A DNA stretch of 64,000 bases from Vitrella brassicaformis CCMP3155 (GCA_001179505.1 CDMY01000033.1:142984-206983), one strand, 5' to 3'; positions 15,001 to 28,721 are shown, numbered from the stretch's first letter. The notes: generated from the sequence alone by a model not told the origin. Program-made: numbers and translations.

Positions 15001-17074
15001 TCAACTCCATCGTCGACAGACCCTGACAATCATCACGACAGATGATTGGATGCGTTGCATTCATGTGTTCGCATCTCTGGCGGGTAGGCAGGTGCGTACC
15101 TGTGTTCTGCTGTGAGTGGAGCCGATGAATCCATCGATGGGGCGGGGCACTGGCGTCATGCCGGGGCGCCAGGGGGGAGGCTCCGATGCACCCGGACCTG
15201 CTGCTGCTGCTGCTGCTGCCGCCGCTGCGGGCGGCTCCTCATCCACCCTGTCCCTGCCGAAGTCGGGCGTGCCAATGCGAGCGAATACGCTGTCGGTGAC
15301 TGAGGCAACCACACACGAGAGGCACACCCAATATGCATCCCCCTCTGTCTGCCTCTGTGTGTCTGTGTGTGTGTCGGTCGATCAGTCGCCCACACACCAT
15401 CGGTTGTGTGTCGTGATTGTTTGCGTCGATCATCCTCCTCGTCGGTCGGACGGTCCGCCATCGCCCTCTTCTCTAACCCCCCTAAGCCGCCCTGGTCAGC
15501 CCGCAGCCCCGAGAACAAACCCAAGCTATGGCCGCGACGACCGGACCCCTTAATGGCCAGCGGATCGGGCGACAACACACCAGCACCACCGCTGCCGCCC
15601 ATGCCAATACCCGCAGCCGTACCGACACCGTTGGGGATGACCTCTGCCGCAGCGGCATACGGAGGCCGGTGGTAGCCCATCCCTGACGACTGACCTGACG
15701 TCAGTGACGAGCTGTAGCTGTACCCCCCACCTGCAGCGGCCGCAGCTGCTGCTGCCGGCGACGACACTGACGCTGCTGGTCCCGACTCTTTGCTGGTACG
15801 GCGAGAGGGGTTGGAAGAGATGAGTGGTGTGGGTGGTGCCAATGGGTGGCCGGGGGGCAAGATGTCAGAGGGCGGGATCTGCACGTCGGTCTGGATAGAC
15901 TTTGAGCAGCCGAGCAGCCCGTCAGGGATGGCGGGGCGCGGCAAGCCGGCACGGTACGCCTCGATGTGCTGATTGATCCAACACACACAAATGACAGACA
16001 ACAAACAGTGAGGGACACATACGACCGATGTGCATCCCTGCCTGCCTCCCTGCCTGCCTGTGTGCCCACCACTCTCAAGCGCTGCTGGTCGAGGTATCGT
16101 TGTGGCCCCTCGTTCCTCGTCAGCGGCCAGTTGGGGTCCCGCTCGCACCACCTCTCGCCCGTCCGCATGTCGTACTTGTAGGTGTACTTGGGGACGTCAC
16201 GGCCGCGCCACAGGTGCTCGTACACGTAGCGGGTCACACGAGACGTCCGACGGCGGTAGGGGCGAGGCAGCTCCAATATGTGAGGGGATGTCGATGTGCC
16301 GATCCCCAGACCGGCCGCCGGCTCCTGACGGCTGCTCTGCTCGGTCCCGTTGAGCAATCCCATCCCTTGGCCGGACGAGCCGGGCCACCCCGACGATGTA
16401 GCCGAAGCTGCCGCCGCCGCAGCCGCTGCTTCAGGTGCCCCGCTGGGCGGTCCGTAGTTGAGAGGCTCGTATGCGTTGCGGGGCATCTCGAGGGGTCGGT
16501 GTGAGTCCATCATCAGCTCGTCTCCCGTCTCCTCCTTGGCACTGCTGCCTCCCGACAAGCGGTTCCACGCGCTCTTACCCATCCCAATGGCCCCAGCCAC
16601 AACACCACGCGCGGAGTTGACAAGGTTGCTGGGCGAGAAGAGCCCCTGCGGCCTCTCCGGGGCCCCCCCTCCCTCCCGATCCTCCCACTCGTACCCTTGC
16701 AGCTGCGCGGGCTGGTCGTCATAGTCATCGTGTAGGGGTGCTGGGGGGCCGTGGGTCTCATAGATGGACGTGTCCATCAGGCTGGCCTTCCACGACGAGT
16801 CAGGCAGCTGATTCAAGAGCGGACGAGACCCTGATGCCGCTGCTGCCGCCGCCGCTGCAGGCGGAGACGAGGGTCGGTTCGGGTTGGGCAGCGGTTCGTC
16901 GAGGTGAGGGTATGGGCCATTGGTCGTGGTGCTCATGCTCACAGATGTGTTGTTCTGGGAGGTGTCCTCGTCCATCGGGGCAGGGGCGGGCCGAGACGAG
17001 CCGGATGACGTCGGACCTTCGCGGAAAAACGGGTCCGCATAGCGCGGGTCGATGAACCTCTCCGAAGGATCCAT
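12004..17074 (-). CDS. FG-repeat nucleoporin-like protein (Nup153/Nup1-type layout), mostly low complexity
   Basis: The ORFs 15701-17074, 15156-16151, 15061-15327, 13796-15064, 12685-13788 and 12130-12651 join through phase-compatible GT-AG introns. The C-terminal third has many SLFG/PFG/AFG repeats. The last exon encodes the basic tail ERKKLRVKRPQKG*. Confidence 0.65.
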
Positions 17075-17303
17075 AGAGAGTCACTCGTAGTCAGCTGTAG
17101 TCCACAAACGAGGTCAAGGAGTCGTCACGGGCATACGTCACTCTTCCTCGACATGCGTCCCAAAGGCTGCCGAGCGCTATTGGCCGAGCGGGGGACGTGT
17201 CGCTCCTATGCGCTCAAGCCGTCACACACTGTCAATTCTTCTCCCCTTTCTTTGCCGCCAATGCGAGCTAATCCACAGCCCGTGGCCAAAGGCGATCGTG
17301 GGC

Positions 17304-17335
17304 GAAACCCTAAGCCCCAGGTTCTATAGGGTTTC
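17304..17335. promoter_or_regulatory. Inverted pair of telo-box-like motifs in the nucleoporin/IMPDH intergenic region
   Basis: GAAACCCTA (17304-17312) and its exact complement TAGGGTTTC (17327-17335). Confidence 0.35.
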
Positions 17336-17681
17336 TTTGGCCGTCGCGCTGAAAAGGAAACACCGCCGTCCCACTTCCACGCCGCCGTCCGCTTCCTACC
17401 CGTCCTCTTTCGTGGAGTCAATATCAGAATCCCAGGAAGAGGAGCGCGACGCTATCTGTCAGGTACGCACATGCGCGAGCAAGAGAGGAAACACGTGGAC
17501 ACATGAGTGACACGAGGACACGACCTCACATGGTCCGTCCATATTGTGGATGTTGGCTTCTCTCTCTTCATGTCATGTGTGTGTTGTTTCACCAGGCTCC
17601 CCGTTCCTGCGTGTCTGACATCCATCCATCCATCTCCTCATCTGCCCGTCTGTGTGTCTGTTTGAGCAAAGGACTGTCGCC

Positions 17682-19426
17682 ATGGCTGACGGCTGGGACG
17701 CTGAGAAGGTCTTCAACTCGTCTGTGTTCGGCTTCACGTACGATGACGTCATCATGATGCCGGGCCACATCGACTTCGGCATCGACGAGGTGGATCTGTC
17801 GACCAACGTGACCAAGAACATCATGATCAAGACGCCCATCCTGTCGTCGCCCATGGACACCGTCACCGAGTCCAACATGGCCATATCCGTGGCCCTCATG
17901 GGCGGCCTCGGCGTCATCCACAACAACAACACCGTCGAGGAGCAGGTTGCTGAGGTCCGCAAGGTCAAGCGGTTCGAGAACGGCTTCATCATGGACCCTT
18001 TCTGTCTCGCACCAGACAGCACCATCACAGATATCGACAAAATCAAGGTCAGTCACGGCGTCAGGCCGAGAGCGAGAGAGGGGATGGGCACACCACCCCC
18101 CTTCCTTTATGTATCATCTGGTGTGTCTGTGTGTGTATGTGCGTTCAGGAGAAGTTCGGTTATTCGTCAGTGCCGATAACGGAGAACGGTCAGATCGGGT
18201 CCAAGTTGGTGGGCATCGTGACGAGCCGCGACATCGACTTCATCAAGGACCGGTCCCTCAAGCTGTCCCAGGTCATGACGCGAGACTGCATCATCGGATA
18301 CGAGCCCATCACCCTCAACGAGGCCAACAAAATCCTTCGCGAGAGCAAGAAGGGCAAGCTCCCCATCGTCAACGAAGACCACGAGCTCGTCGCCCTCATC
18401 TCCCGCAACGACCTCAAGAAGAATCGCGACTACCCCACGGCGTCCAAGGATGCCAACAAGCAGCTGCTGGTGGCGGCGGCGACGTCCACAAAACCCAAGG
18501 ACGCCGAGAGGGCCAAGGCGCTGATCGAGGCTGGGGTGGATGTGATTGTCATCGACTCGTCGCAGGGAAGCTCCACCTTCCAGGTCGACCTCATCAAGCG
18601 CATCAAGGCCGACTTCCCGGATGTCGACATCATCGGGGGCAACGTCATCACAGCGAGACAAGCTAAGGTACACACACCACACACACACACTCACACACGA
18701 GGGAGGGAGGGAGGGAGGGAGAAAGAACCACACGATATCCCACCCACTGTTGTACCTGTGTGTGTCCTGTCATGCCTCATTCAGGTGTTGATAGATGCGG
18801 GTTGCGACGGTCTTCGTATCGGCATGGGTTCAGGGTCCATCTGCACGACCCAGGAGGTCTGTGCGGTGGGCCGCGCCCAGGCGACGGCCGTGTACCAGGT
18901 GGCCAAGTACGCCCGCGAGTACGGCGTGCCGTGCATTGCCGACGGCGGCATCCAGAACAGCGGCCACATCATGAAGGCCTTGGCCTTGGGCGCATCGGGC
19001 GTCATGGTGGGGTCGCTCTTTGCCGGCACGGAGGAGGCGCCGGGCAACTACTACTTCCAGAACGGTGTGCGTGTCAAGACCTACAGGGGTATGGGCAGCC
19101 TCGAGGCCATGGAGAAGGCCCAGGGCGCCATGACGCACGGGTCGCAGGGCAGGTACTTCGCCGAGGACGCCAAGGTGCGGGTGGCCCAGGGGGTCAGCGG
19201 CGCTGTGGTCGACAAGGGGTCGGTCAAGACGCTCATCCCGTACGTCATCCAGGGCGTCAAGCACGGCATGCAGGACATGGGCAACCACACCGTGACCGAG
19301 CTGCACAACGGCCTCTACAGCGGCCACACGCGCATGGACATCAGATCGGGGGCGGCACAGAGGGAGGGAGGCGTGCACGACCTTCTGAGTTACGAGAAGC
19401 GACTATTCAGCGTCGTCAGGGACTAA
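17682..19426 (+). CDS. IMPDH: Inosine-5'-monophosphate dehydrogenase, eukaryotic type, with CBS pair
   Basis: [34 protein letters not shown], catalytic [26 protein letters not shown]. Three exons: 17682-18047, 18149-18667, 18785-19426. Confidence 0.97.
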
Positions 19427-22400
19427 CCCACTCACTCACTGGGTTGGGAGGCGGGAGAGGGCGTTACATGGGGGGTGGATGGATGGATGGCGTCGCATTC
19501 CCTTCTATCGCGGCTGTTGTTCGTTCATTCATGGGTTGCTTTGAGGGCGGGTGGGCGTGGTTTCTCCTCGGTGTGAAGGACAGGCATGACTGCGGTGGCA
19601 GCCAGCCAGCCATGGTCAGTGAGTTTTCTTGGGCCAACCAACTAGCGAGCGTATGCAGTCAACTAGTTGTGTTTATGAGTGTCTCTCTCGGCCTTCCCTG
19701 AGTGTCCCCTCTCACCCTCTGTGTGGGCGCAGCGGTGTCTCTCTCTGTCTTGTGCTGCATCTGCGTGCGTGTCAGTTGCGCGTATTTCTCGACGGATGGA
19801 GCCTGGCCTGGCTTCATGTTTTCCCCCCAGTAAGGTGTGTGTGTGTGTGCATGTGATGGTGAGTGAGACCTTGGTGCATGCTGTGTTGTTAACAGACTTG
19901 TGATCCACTTTACGTACGTATTGTGAAATGGTGTGTGCCAGCAAGTGCCTTCCCGATCCCCACACACAGCACACCCCTTGAACAGAACGAACACAAGCCG
20001 CACGTGTGTGTGCGTTGCCATGCCGTGCCGACAGGTGTTTTATGGACTGGATGAGTGTCCGTCTACAGCCATCCATCCATCAGTCAGTCAGCATTGGTCC
20101 GGTCGGTCGGTCTGTCTGTAACACTTGAACACACACCCACCGTCTATCCTACCAGCACACACAGCGCACCGCACCGAACAGCCATCCATCCATCCATCCA
20201 TCCATCCATATGCCATCGGCCCGTCCGTCCATCCAATCCATGCATGCAGAGAGCTAGTCAGTCAGTCAGGCAGGCAATCAATCAACCAGCCTGTCGATTT
20301 GATAGACATTGATGAGCTAAATCCGCAGCCCACACTCTATCGCACCCACCCTCAGCCCTCCCTCGTCTAGGCCACCCTCCCTCCCTCCCTCCCTTGATCG
20401 ATCAAGTGCTGACTGATGCGTCCCCCCTCCATCCATCCGTCCATTGCAGCCATCAGTCATCCCTTCCCATCCATAACCCACCACCTAGCGTAGCACCACC
20501 GTGCAGCAGAGACACAGGCAGGCAGGGAGTCGGCAAGAAACAAGGCGAGCGAGTCGTGTATGTATGTAGGTAGGTATGAACCATCATCGCACTTGTCAGG
20601 CAGGGAGGCAGGGACGAATTACACACAAAACGGCTGGTCGGCTGTCTGCTTGGTCAATGGTCAATGAGTGAATGAATGCACGGACGGCTATAGCCCTGTG
20701 AGGATGTATGTATGTGTGTGTGTGGTACGTCTGCTGGCCCTTACTTACACGATGCACCAACCAAGAAAGACAGACAGAAGGCTAGGCAGGCGCATCCGCC
20801 CACATCCGCACACCACCCCACACATGCATGTCAGTTATCATGATATAAATGGTTTGTCCGTATGTCCGTCGGTGCCCTCCCTAGCAGGGTGCGATGCGAT
20901 GCGATGCGATACACAGAGAGGGAGAGAGTGAGGCATGTATGTATGTATGTATGTACGTGTGTACGTATGTGTGTACGTATGTATGTTGAGCGTATATGTA
21001 TCGGTATTTATGTAAGATGTCCCCTGACGGTAGGGGAGGGGTATGCGAAGCGAAGCGAAGCAAGGCGAGGCGCACATGCGAGTGAGGAAGCCAGTCAGTC
21101 AGTAAGTCAGGAAGTAGGGCGGAATTACAGCGACAGACACGACAGGCGAGCAAAAACACAAAACACACACCAACACGCCAACACACGCACACGCACCACA
21201 CACATCCCATGGATGGCATCACAGAGAGGGACCCTTTTCTGTAGGTTTAAAACATCCCAGGTTGGAAATGTCGTATGCACATCGCATCACACAGCACATC
21301 AGCACATACACGCTAGTCGTCATTCACCGAGCGAGTAGGAGGCATGGCATGCATAGAACACGTGCGGGCAGGCATGCAGGCGAGCGAGAGCCAGTGGGCG
21401 GGCAGCAGGGCGGGCGGTTGAGAGTGGGCCAGCGCTCAAGTCAGATGGCAGGCAGGCAGGTAGACAGTAGGTAGAAAAGCCAGTAGGGACAAAAGGACCA
21501 AACATTCTAGGCACTTCCCCCTCCAGTCCCCTCCCCCCTTTGTACATGCCTTACTTAGGTCACCACATGCATTCAAACATGGGCGCCCGACATGCAACCA
21601 TCACACCGACGTCAAGTCAACATACATACATAGCCGAGTGAGTAAACTGGATGATATGAGCGAATAGCGAGCGAGGCACACACACACAGAGCCCACATCA
21701 GTCACATAGCGCATGGCACACAGACACAGAGAGCACAAGGCGTGACGTAAACAAACACCAAACGGTCGATAGACAGAGACAGCCATACAGACGGAGAGAG
21801 AGATGGAGAATGCGCTGTATATATAAGGCAGAGAAAGGCAGGCAAACAGCCAGACACTAAGACGGCTAAGACAGACGGTAAACAAACACCCCCTGGCAGC
21901 CACCCACGCCGCTTTCACGCCCCCCGGCCCAAAAAAGGAGCAGATTTCTTGGTTCTCACCTTTCATTCGTGTATCTGAATGTCTGTCTGTCTGTCTGTCT
22001 CTCTGTACGTACGCAGCCGAGCCCAGCTCAGTCCAGCTCAGCACTTTGGTGGCTCTTTCGCTTTTCTTCTTCTCTTCTCCATCCATCCATATGAAAAGGG
22101 ACGTCCATGCTATGCGTGTGAGTGTATGTGGATGTGCGTGTGTGTATTCATTTCATCCTCGATGGAAGTAGTGTGACAAGTGGAATGGATGAATGGATGG
22201 ATGATGCAAACACCAACACATACACGACGCGTACAGCGATATGTCGTCTTGCCCTCCCTCCCTCCCTCCCTCCCCCCTCCCCTACACACACAAAACACAG
22301 AGCGGACACACCACACACAGACACACACACATAGACCACCATCTATCTAATTCTTGGAGTGCGCCAGCAGCAGCAGTAGCCAGCCTGCCAGCCATCGAGT

Positions 22401-25289
22401 CCACCAGAGCCATTGGTCTGGCGGGGCGGTCGGGAGGCAAGGCTGACGACCGGGCCGCTGGCGCACACACACATGAACACATCTATCCATCCATCCATGT
22501 ATGTGTGTGTGTAGGGATGGATACGGTAAAAACAGCAGCGTGCTAGACATCCATCCATCCATCCGAGCAGACAGACAGACAGACAGACAGAGAGGAGAAT
22601 GACACACACACACAGTGACAGACGACATAACAGGTAAGAATGAGTGAATCCAATAGATGCATCCAGCCCACGAAGGAACAGACAGACAGACATACACAGG
22701 CCGAGCCAGCCCACCCCAGCAACACAACCACCACACAGCACTCATTCATTCATTCATTCATCAATCTATCTCCCATGTCAGCACGAACCAACGGACTCTC
22801 CGGCAATCCAATCCTGCCCGCCTCCCTCCCCCCCTGCTTTCCTCCAGGCTGCCTCGCCTTGCCTCCCTGGCCTTGCGCCACCAGAGCGATAAATAGGCGG
22901 GCCGAACCAGCCCGGGCCGCCGGGCCATGCAGGAGGGCGATGGATAAAATGCATCCATGGGATCCATGCCATGGAATGGACCACCACACCCATCCGACCC
23001 CCAACCACAATACACGCACACACAGACATGCACACACACACGCCATTCATCGACACGCCACGATCAGACCCACACGAACCACGGCACGGACTGCATCGAC
23101 GACGCCGACGCTGCAGCCGGAATAATATTAGTAACCGTTGCTGCACTCGTCCATCTGTCTAGCTAGAGTGGCGGATGGGTGGTGGTGGCACCTATGGATG
23201 GATGGATGCGTCATGCGATGGATGCGATGCTTGAGGGAGGGTTAGAGTAGCAAACAACTCCCAGCCACACACACACAGGCAGTCAGGAAGGATCAAGTGG
23301 ATGGGATAGATGGATGGATAGATGGTGGGAAACGAACGAAACAAAGACCGCACGAGCACAACAGCCAGCCAGACGCAGACACAAAATTGTCCCGTTCTTC
23401 ATTGTCTTGTTCCCCTCCCTCCCTCCCTCTCCGTGTGTGGAACCATCCAGGCGGGTACCCATGAAGGAGTGACTGAGTGAGTGAGTGCATTAATGCGATA
23501 TCCGTCAGGCCTCGTATCTACACACACCACGCCACACCACATCACATCACATCACAATCACGACCACACAGCAATGAATGCACAATTCACAGCGCTCAGG
23601 GTGGCTGCTTGGCTTCCTGGTCTGTCTGCCTTGATTGATATCCCTCTCGTTCTCCATCTCTCCCCTCCCTCCCTCTCAACCAAAACCCACATGGTGATGT
23701 GATTATGAACGAACGAGTCACTGAATGAAAGCGTCGCGTCAGTCAGGTGTGGCGTCTTGTCTTGTTTGATGCGATAGATAGATAGATGAGGGCGAGGCGA
23801 GGCTGGGCGAGCGAGTGGGCCATAAATGACTCAACACGCTCGTACACACATACACACACACACGGGGTACACACGGGGAGGGGGCGGACTGGACAAGAGG
23901 CAGGCAGGCGGGCATGCTAGGTCACCGGTGCTTACAAGATAGACGACGGAGAAACTCATGGACTGACTGGACCGACCGGATCAGAGGGGGCAGTGCAGTC
24001 GAGTCGGGCGAAAGGGATAGCGGGAGAGCGGAAGGGAGAGCGGGCGGGCGCGTTGAGAAGACACACGACATAGCACAGCACGGCACAGCAGGGCACGGCA
24101 GGACACAGATGGAATAGCACAGCATCAGGCGGACACTCACACAGGGTGAGGTGAGGTGAGGTATGTATCAATCACGCCATGCCACCCCATCAATCGACGA
24201 CATTCCCTCTGTGGCCTCTCTCCCACCCATCTCCCTCCCTGCCACGTTTCCTTCACGCGCCCCCGAGACAGACAAATCGATGGCTGGCTGGCTGGCTGGC
24301 TACACAAATGAAGGACATCAATCACATTGAGGTAGTTCGGTAGGGAAACACCCTCAGCCTCACGCTCTGTCTGTCAGTCAGCACTTCCCTCCCTCCATCC
24401 CCCTCCCTCATCATGGGGGGCACGAACCACACCACAGCACACACATGATAGCGCAAGACACACACGCAGGCCGGGGCGAGAGACAGGCAGAAAGAAATGC
24501 ACTGCACTCAAGACAACATGGCAGCGCAGCCCTGCACTCACGTGAGCACTCACTCACGGATCGATCGGGGGGATGTCGGTGTGCTTGATTGAATGTACGC
24601 ATGACATCAAGGAAGCATGCCTACACCCAAGCCCTTGCTGTCTTGATTGCCTTGGTGCGTGGTGCGTGTGTGCCATAAAAGCGACACCAACCCGTTCCCA
24701 GCCCAGCCCAGCTGGGAGGGGGAAGCTGCCTCTACAGCCGGCTGGTCTGTCTGTCTGTCTGTCCGTCTCTCTGTGTCGATGTGCAACGTGTCCACGGTCA
24801 AGCCCGTCAGTCAGTCAGTCGTCCTTGCCGTGCATCGGTCTCCCACTCCAGGTGACGCATTTGCCCCAGCCAGATGTCATGGCTGTGACGGACACGTCAC
24901 CCAGAGAGGGCCCAGCGATGCACAGAAGCTGACCGAGGAATCAGGCAGCCACTGTCTGTGCGTATGTATGTACGGTCAGCGATCTCTCTACGCACCCATG
25001 AATGAAGGAAGCACACTCAACACACGCAATGCACGGGAGGGAGCACACGAGCATCCATCCATCCATCAACACTTTGGGCCACACGCTGAAACACAGTCAT
25101 GGCCGGCCGTTCCACCACACCCACGCCACACACACACACACACACACACACACAGCAACCCGCCCACACACCACAGCATAGCATACCCTCGCCACACCAC
25201 GCACACCACACACGAGAGAGACACGAAGCTAGCACATACCCCCCGGGGACCCATCCATCCATCCATCCATCTGTGCCCACACTGATCAG
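19427..25289. repeat. ~5.9-kb microsatellite-rich stretch with no supportable CDS (3' UTRs/intergenic)
   Basis: Dense (CA)n, (ATCC)n, (CAGA)n, (GTAT)n and (GAGG)n runs. The ORFs here translate to microsatellite-derived peptides. Confidence 0.6.
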
Positions 25290-28200
25290 TCAGTCTTCGT
25301 ATTGGGCGGGCTCGGCCTTCTTTAGATCTGCCAGACAGACCACACACAAAGAGACCAGCCAGACCCATGAGACCAAGAGACCATTGATGTCAGTCAACAT
25401 CTTATGCTGCTGAGGCACTCTGACTGACGTACCAGATGCGGTGATGTGCAGTTCGCTGAGTGCCGACTCGATGCTCTCGATGGACCGTGACGGCATCGCC
25501 ATGCTCTCCACACTCGCAGTAGTCGTCGCCAAGGTGCTCTGCGTCGTGGAGGGCAGCCCCTCCGGCCCGCCCCTCGTGCCAGATGACACCACCACGCAGC
25601 TGCCCTGCTTGGCCACCTCACCCTCACCCACGGTGTCGAGCGCACTCCCCAGCAGCGCCCGCTGCCGCGCCCGTTTCTTGGCCGCCCGCGGGTTCATGGG
25701 CACGTGGAAACCCAGGAATGGCACCGTGGGCGTGTTGGCCGCTGGGTGGTTGGGCGCATCGTCCTTGGCAGAGGCGGACGGCAGCGATGAGGACAGCGAG
25801 GCACCCATGCGGGCCGATGTCATGGCCTGCATGCCGCTGAGTGAGGGAAGGGGCGCTAGGGATGACGTGGGCGGCGACGATGCACTGGTTGAAAAGGACG
25901 ACAGCAGCGCCATCTGTGTGGAGCGGGTGGTGCCTCGTGGGTGGGGCAGAGGGGGCGGGAAGGGCAGCGGGCCGCCACGCCGAGACGGCGTGCTTCGAGT
26001 CGTGCGGGACTCGTCTGTCGGTCCACCCTCTGAGGCCTGCTGTGCCACCCCAGGCGCGCTCCTGCCCCTCTCCACCGTCGGATGGTGCGCCATTGGTCGC
26101 GGGGTCGTCACGAGTGGCACGACCGATTCCATGGTCGATGCGCGCGGAATGCGCTCGCGGACGTGAGACGACGCTGACGATGCAGTGGCTGGCCGCGGCT
26201 CGGGGCTCGCCGTGGCTGATCGTGAGAGGCTCGTGAACTTGCCGGTGGTGCGGGAGGGTGGGGGCCNNNNNNNNNNNNNNNNNNNNNNNNNNNNNNNNNN
26301 NNNNNNNNNNNNNNNNNNNNNNNNNNNNNNNNNNNNNNNNNNNNNNNNNNNNNNNNNNNNNNNNNNNNNNNNNNNNNNNNNNNNNNNNNNNNNNNNNNNN
26401 NNNNNNNNNNNNNNNNNNNNNNNNNNNNNNNNNNNNNNNNNNNNNNNNNNNNNNNNNNNNNNNNNNNNNNNNNNNNNNNNNNNNNNNNNNNNNNNNNNNN
26501 NNNNNNNNNNNNNNNNNNNNNNNNNNNNNNNNNNNNNNNNNNNNNNNNNNNNNNNNNNNNNNNNNNGGGGGCGGTGGGGGAGGGGGATGCGGTGCGGCCA
26601 TGCTGCCGATTACAGGGGAGGTCTGGGCCTGTGTGCTGGTCTTGCCGGTGAGCAGTGGGGTCAGGTCGGGCAGCGACGAGGTGGTGCTGTGTCCGTGGCC
26701 ATGCCTGCGGCCTCCGCTGCCATTGCCACCGGGTGGCTTGGGCTGTATGGGTGCGAATGCCTTGCGGGGGGCAGTGGGTGAGGAGACGAATCGGAATCGG
26801 TCGGGGAGGGGCTCGTTGGACCTCGCCTTGAGGTTGTACAGCCACTGGTTGCCCCGAGGGCTGAACGTCGCCGTCGCCGTGCCAGTCACCGACCCACGAT
26901 GAACCGCATGCCCGCTGGCCCTTGCGATCTCGCCCGCGGCGTGGTGGGTGGTCCTCTCCGCCCTCTCTGCTGCACGCCAACTGCTCGGCTCTCTGTACTC
27001 GAATCGTGGAACGAAGGCCGACACACCAGGGGGGGACAGCCCCCTCCCTCCCATAAGAGTTGAGTAGGGGTGCGCCTGCTCGATCGACAGCAGTGACGGG
27101 GGGATCTCTGGCGGCTCTGGCGGGGCAGGTGGGTAGAGACCGACAGGCGGGGGCGCTCGAACGCCAGCGGCAGCAGCGGCCGCCGCAGCAGCAGCCGCTG
27201 CCGCTGCTGCCCCCGGTGCGGGCTCCATGTGTGTGGGTGCTGGGATGGCATAAGGGACCGGCGTGCCGTAGTGGTGCATGGGCGACAGCTGCACGCCGTA
27301 GTCCTCGAGGCTGTGGTAAGTCGGTTCCTCTGGGGGCGAGGACGACATGGAGGCATACGAGCTGTAGGCCGGGTGGTGTGGAGGGGCCCCACCCCAGTGG
27401 GCCATTTGGTACTGGGCCTGCATCTGCATCTGCAGCGGACCGATGGGGGGCGGGGGCGGCCGGTGATGTGTGAGGGGGAGTGCGGGGGCATCCACGGGCG
27501 TCTCGAATGTGAGCGACGGGTAGGGGATAGAGGCCGTGACGGTCATCGGGGGGAAGGCAATGTGCGGCCTGGGGGCGGGGGAGTGAGGGCCGGGTGGGGA
27601 GGAGGGGTGGTGCAGCTGCTGTGGGTGCTCCGTGGGGATGTCGTGCTGTGAGGCCTCGGACACCTGGTCGGGGATGTCACCCGCTGACGCGCGGCGAGGG
27701 GGGCGAGGCAACCTGATGGACGGATGGATGGATGGATCGACACGAACAGATACCGACATGTGTCTGTGTGTGTGTGTGTCTTACGCTCGTTTGGGCCTCA
27801 GTTCGTCCCATCCATGCGCATGACGACACGTATCCTGACAGACAGGCACACAGACAGAAAGACACGTGGACCACAGAGACCGTACATTTGCCCCACTCCC
27901 TGCCTGCCTGCCTGCCTGCCTGTGTGTGTTGCTCAGCTCACCCCTCTGGGGCAGTGCCCCCGCTTCCAGAAGACACACAAGGAGGTCTTAAAAAAATCGT
28001 CCGTGTGTCGAAGCTCCTCCGTCCCGTGGGCTGGCAAGGTAGGTGATGCACACGCACACACACACATTACATGGTCACAACTCATCTCATTCACCCGATC
28101 TACCCGTCCCGTCGACAGCACAGCTGATGTGTCTGTCGTGTGTGAGTGTGTGTGTGTGTGTACCGAATGGGCAGTCCTCATCCTGGCACTCTCCCTGCTG

Positions 28201-28721
28201 CCACAGCTCACACACCTTCGTCTGTACAACACACACCACACACCACACACACCATACAAAGAGACTCGTCATGTGATGGCTGGATGCGTGTGTGTACCTT
28301 GGCCAGGTCAGGCTTGGTCCTCAACTCGACCTTGCCTGCACATCAATCAATACGCACACAATAACACGCAAGCAGCATGATATGATAGCCGTCGATAGAT
28401 TGTTGTCTGTATCTCCGTCGATCGACCGCACCGTGAGCATAGCTGCACACCAACATAACACAACACAACACAACACACAGCAAGCCATCGTGACTGACTG
28501 ACAAGAGTGTTGTGATGTGACCGTTCCCCCTCACCGGCAGAATTCGCCTTTGGTACACTTGCCCTGCACAGACAGACAGACAAAGCAGGCAACACGACAG
28601 TCACACATCCACCCACCGAACGAAACGTCGCAGCCCTCGCTCCCCTCCCCTCTCCCTCCCCCCGGCTCACCGATCGCCAGTACTTGCAGTATTTGGTCTT
28701 ATAGAACTGGTTCATCTGCAT
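25290..28721 (-). CDS. Triple CCCH zinc-finger (tristetraprolin-like) RNA-binding protein with long Pro/Ala-rich C-terminus
   Basis: Spliced fingers: YKTKYCKYWRSGKCTKGEFCRYAH, TKVCELWQQGECQDEDCPFAH and FKTSLCVFWKRGHCPRGDTCRHAH. The large last exon is interrupted by an N gap. The true start may lie upstream of 28721. Confidence 0.85.
26267..26566. other. Assembly gap (300 N) inside the CCCH gene's last exon
   Basis: The N run follows a G-rich/poly-Pro-coding stretch. The sensible frame after the gap (25290 frame) differs from the frame before it, so the nominal gap length is not exact. Confidence 0.95.

Noticed and set aside
15077-15099. 23-nt mini-intron in the nucleoporin gene
   Set aside because: A ~74-nt intron from the same donor to the TTGTCAG acceptor near 15026 keeps frame and fits the usual intron size.
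17682-19426. Bacterial-type (horizontally acquired) IMPDH as in Cryptosporidium
   Set aside because: The N-terminus, VAQGVSG and introns indicate the ordinary eukaryotic type.
19500-25285. Dozens of 60-200-aa ORFs rich in C/V/H/T
   Set aside because: Translations of (CA)n/(TG)n/(GGAT)n microsatellites.
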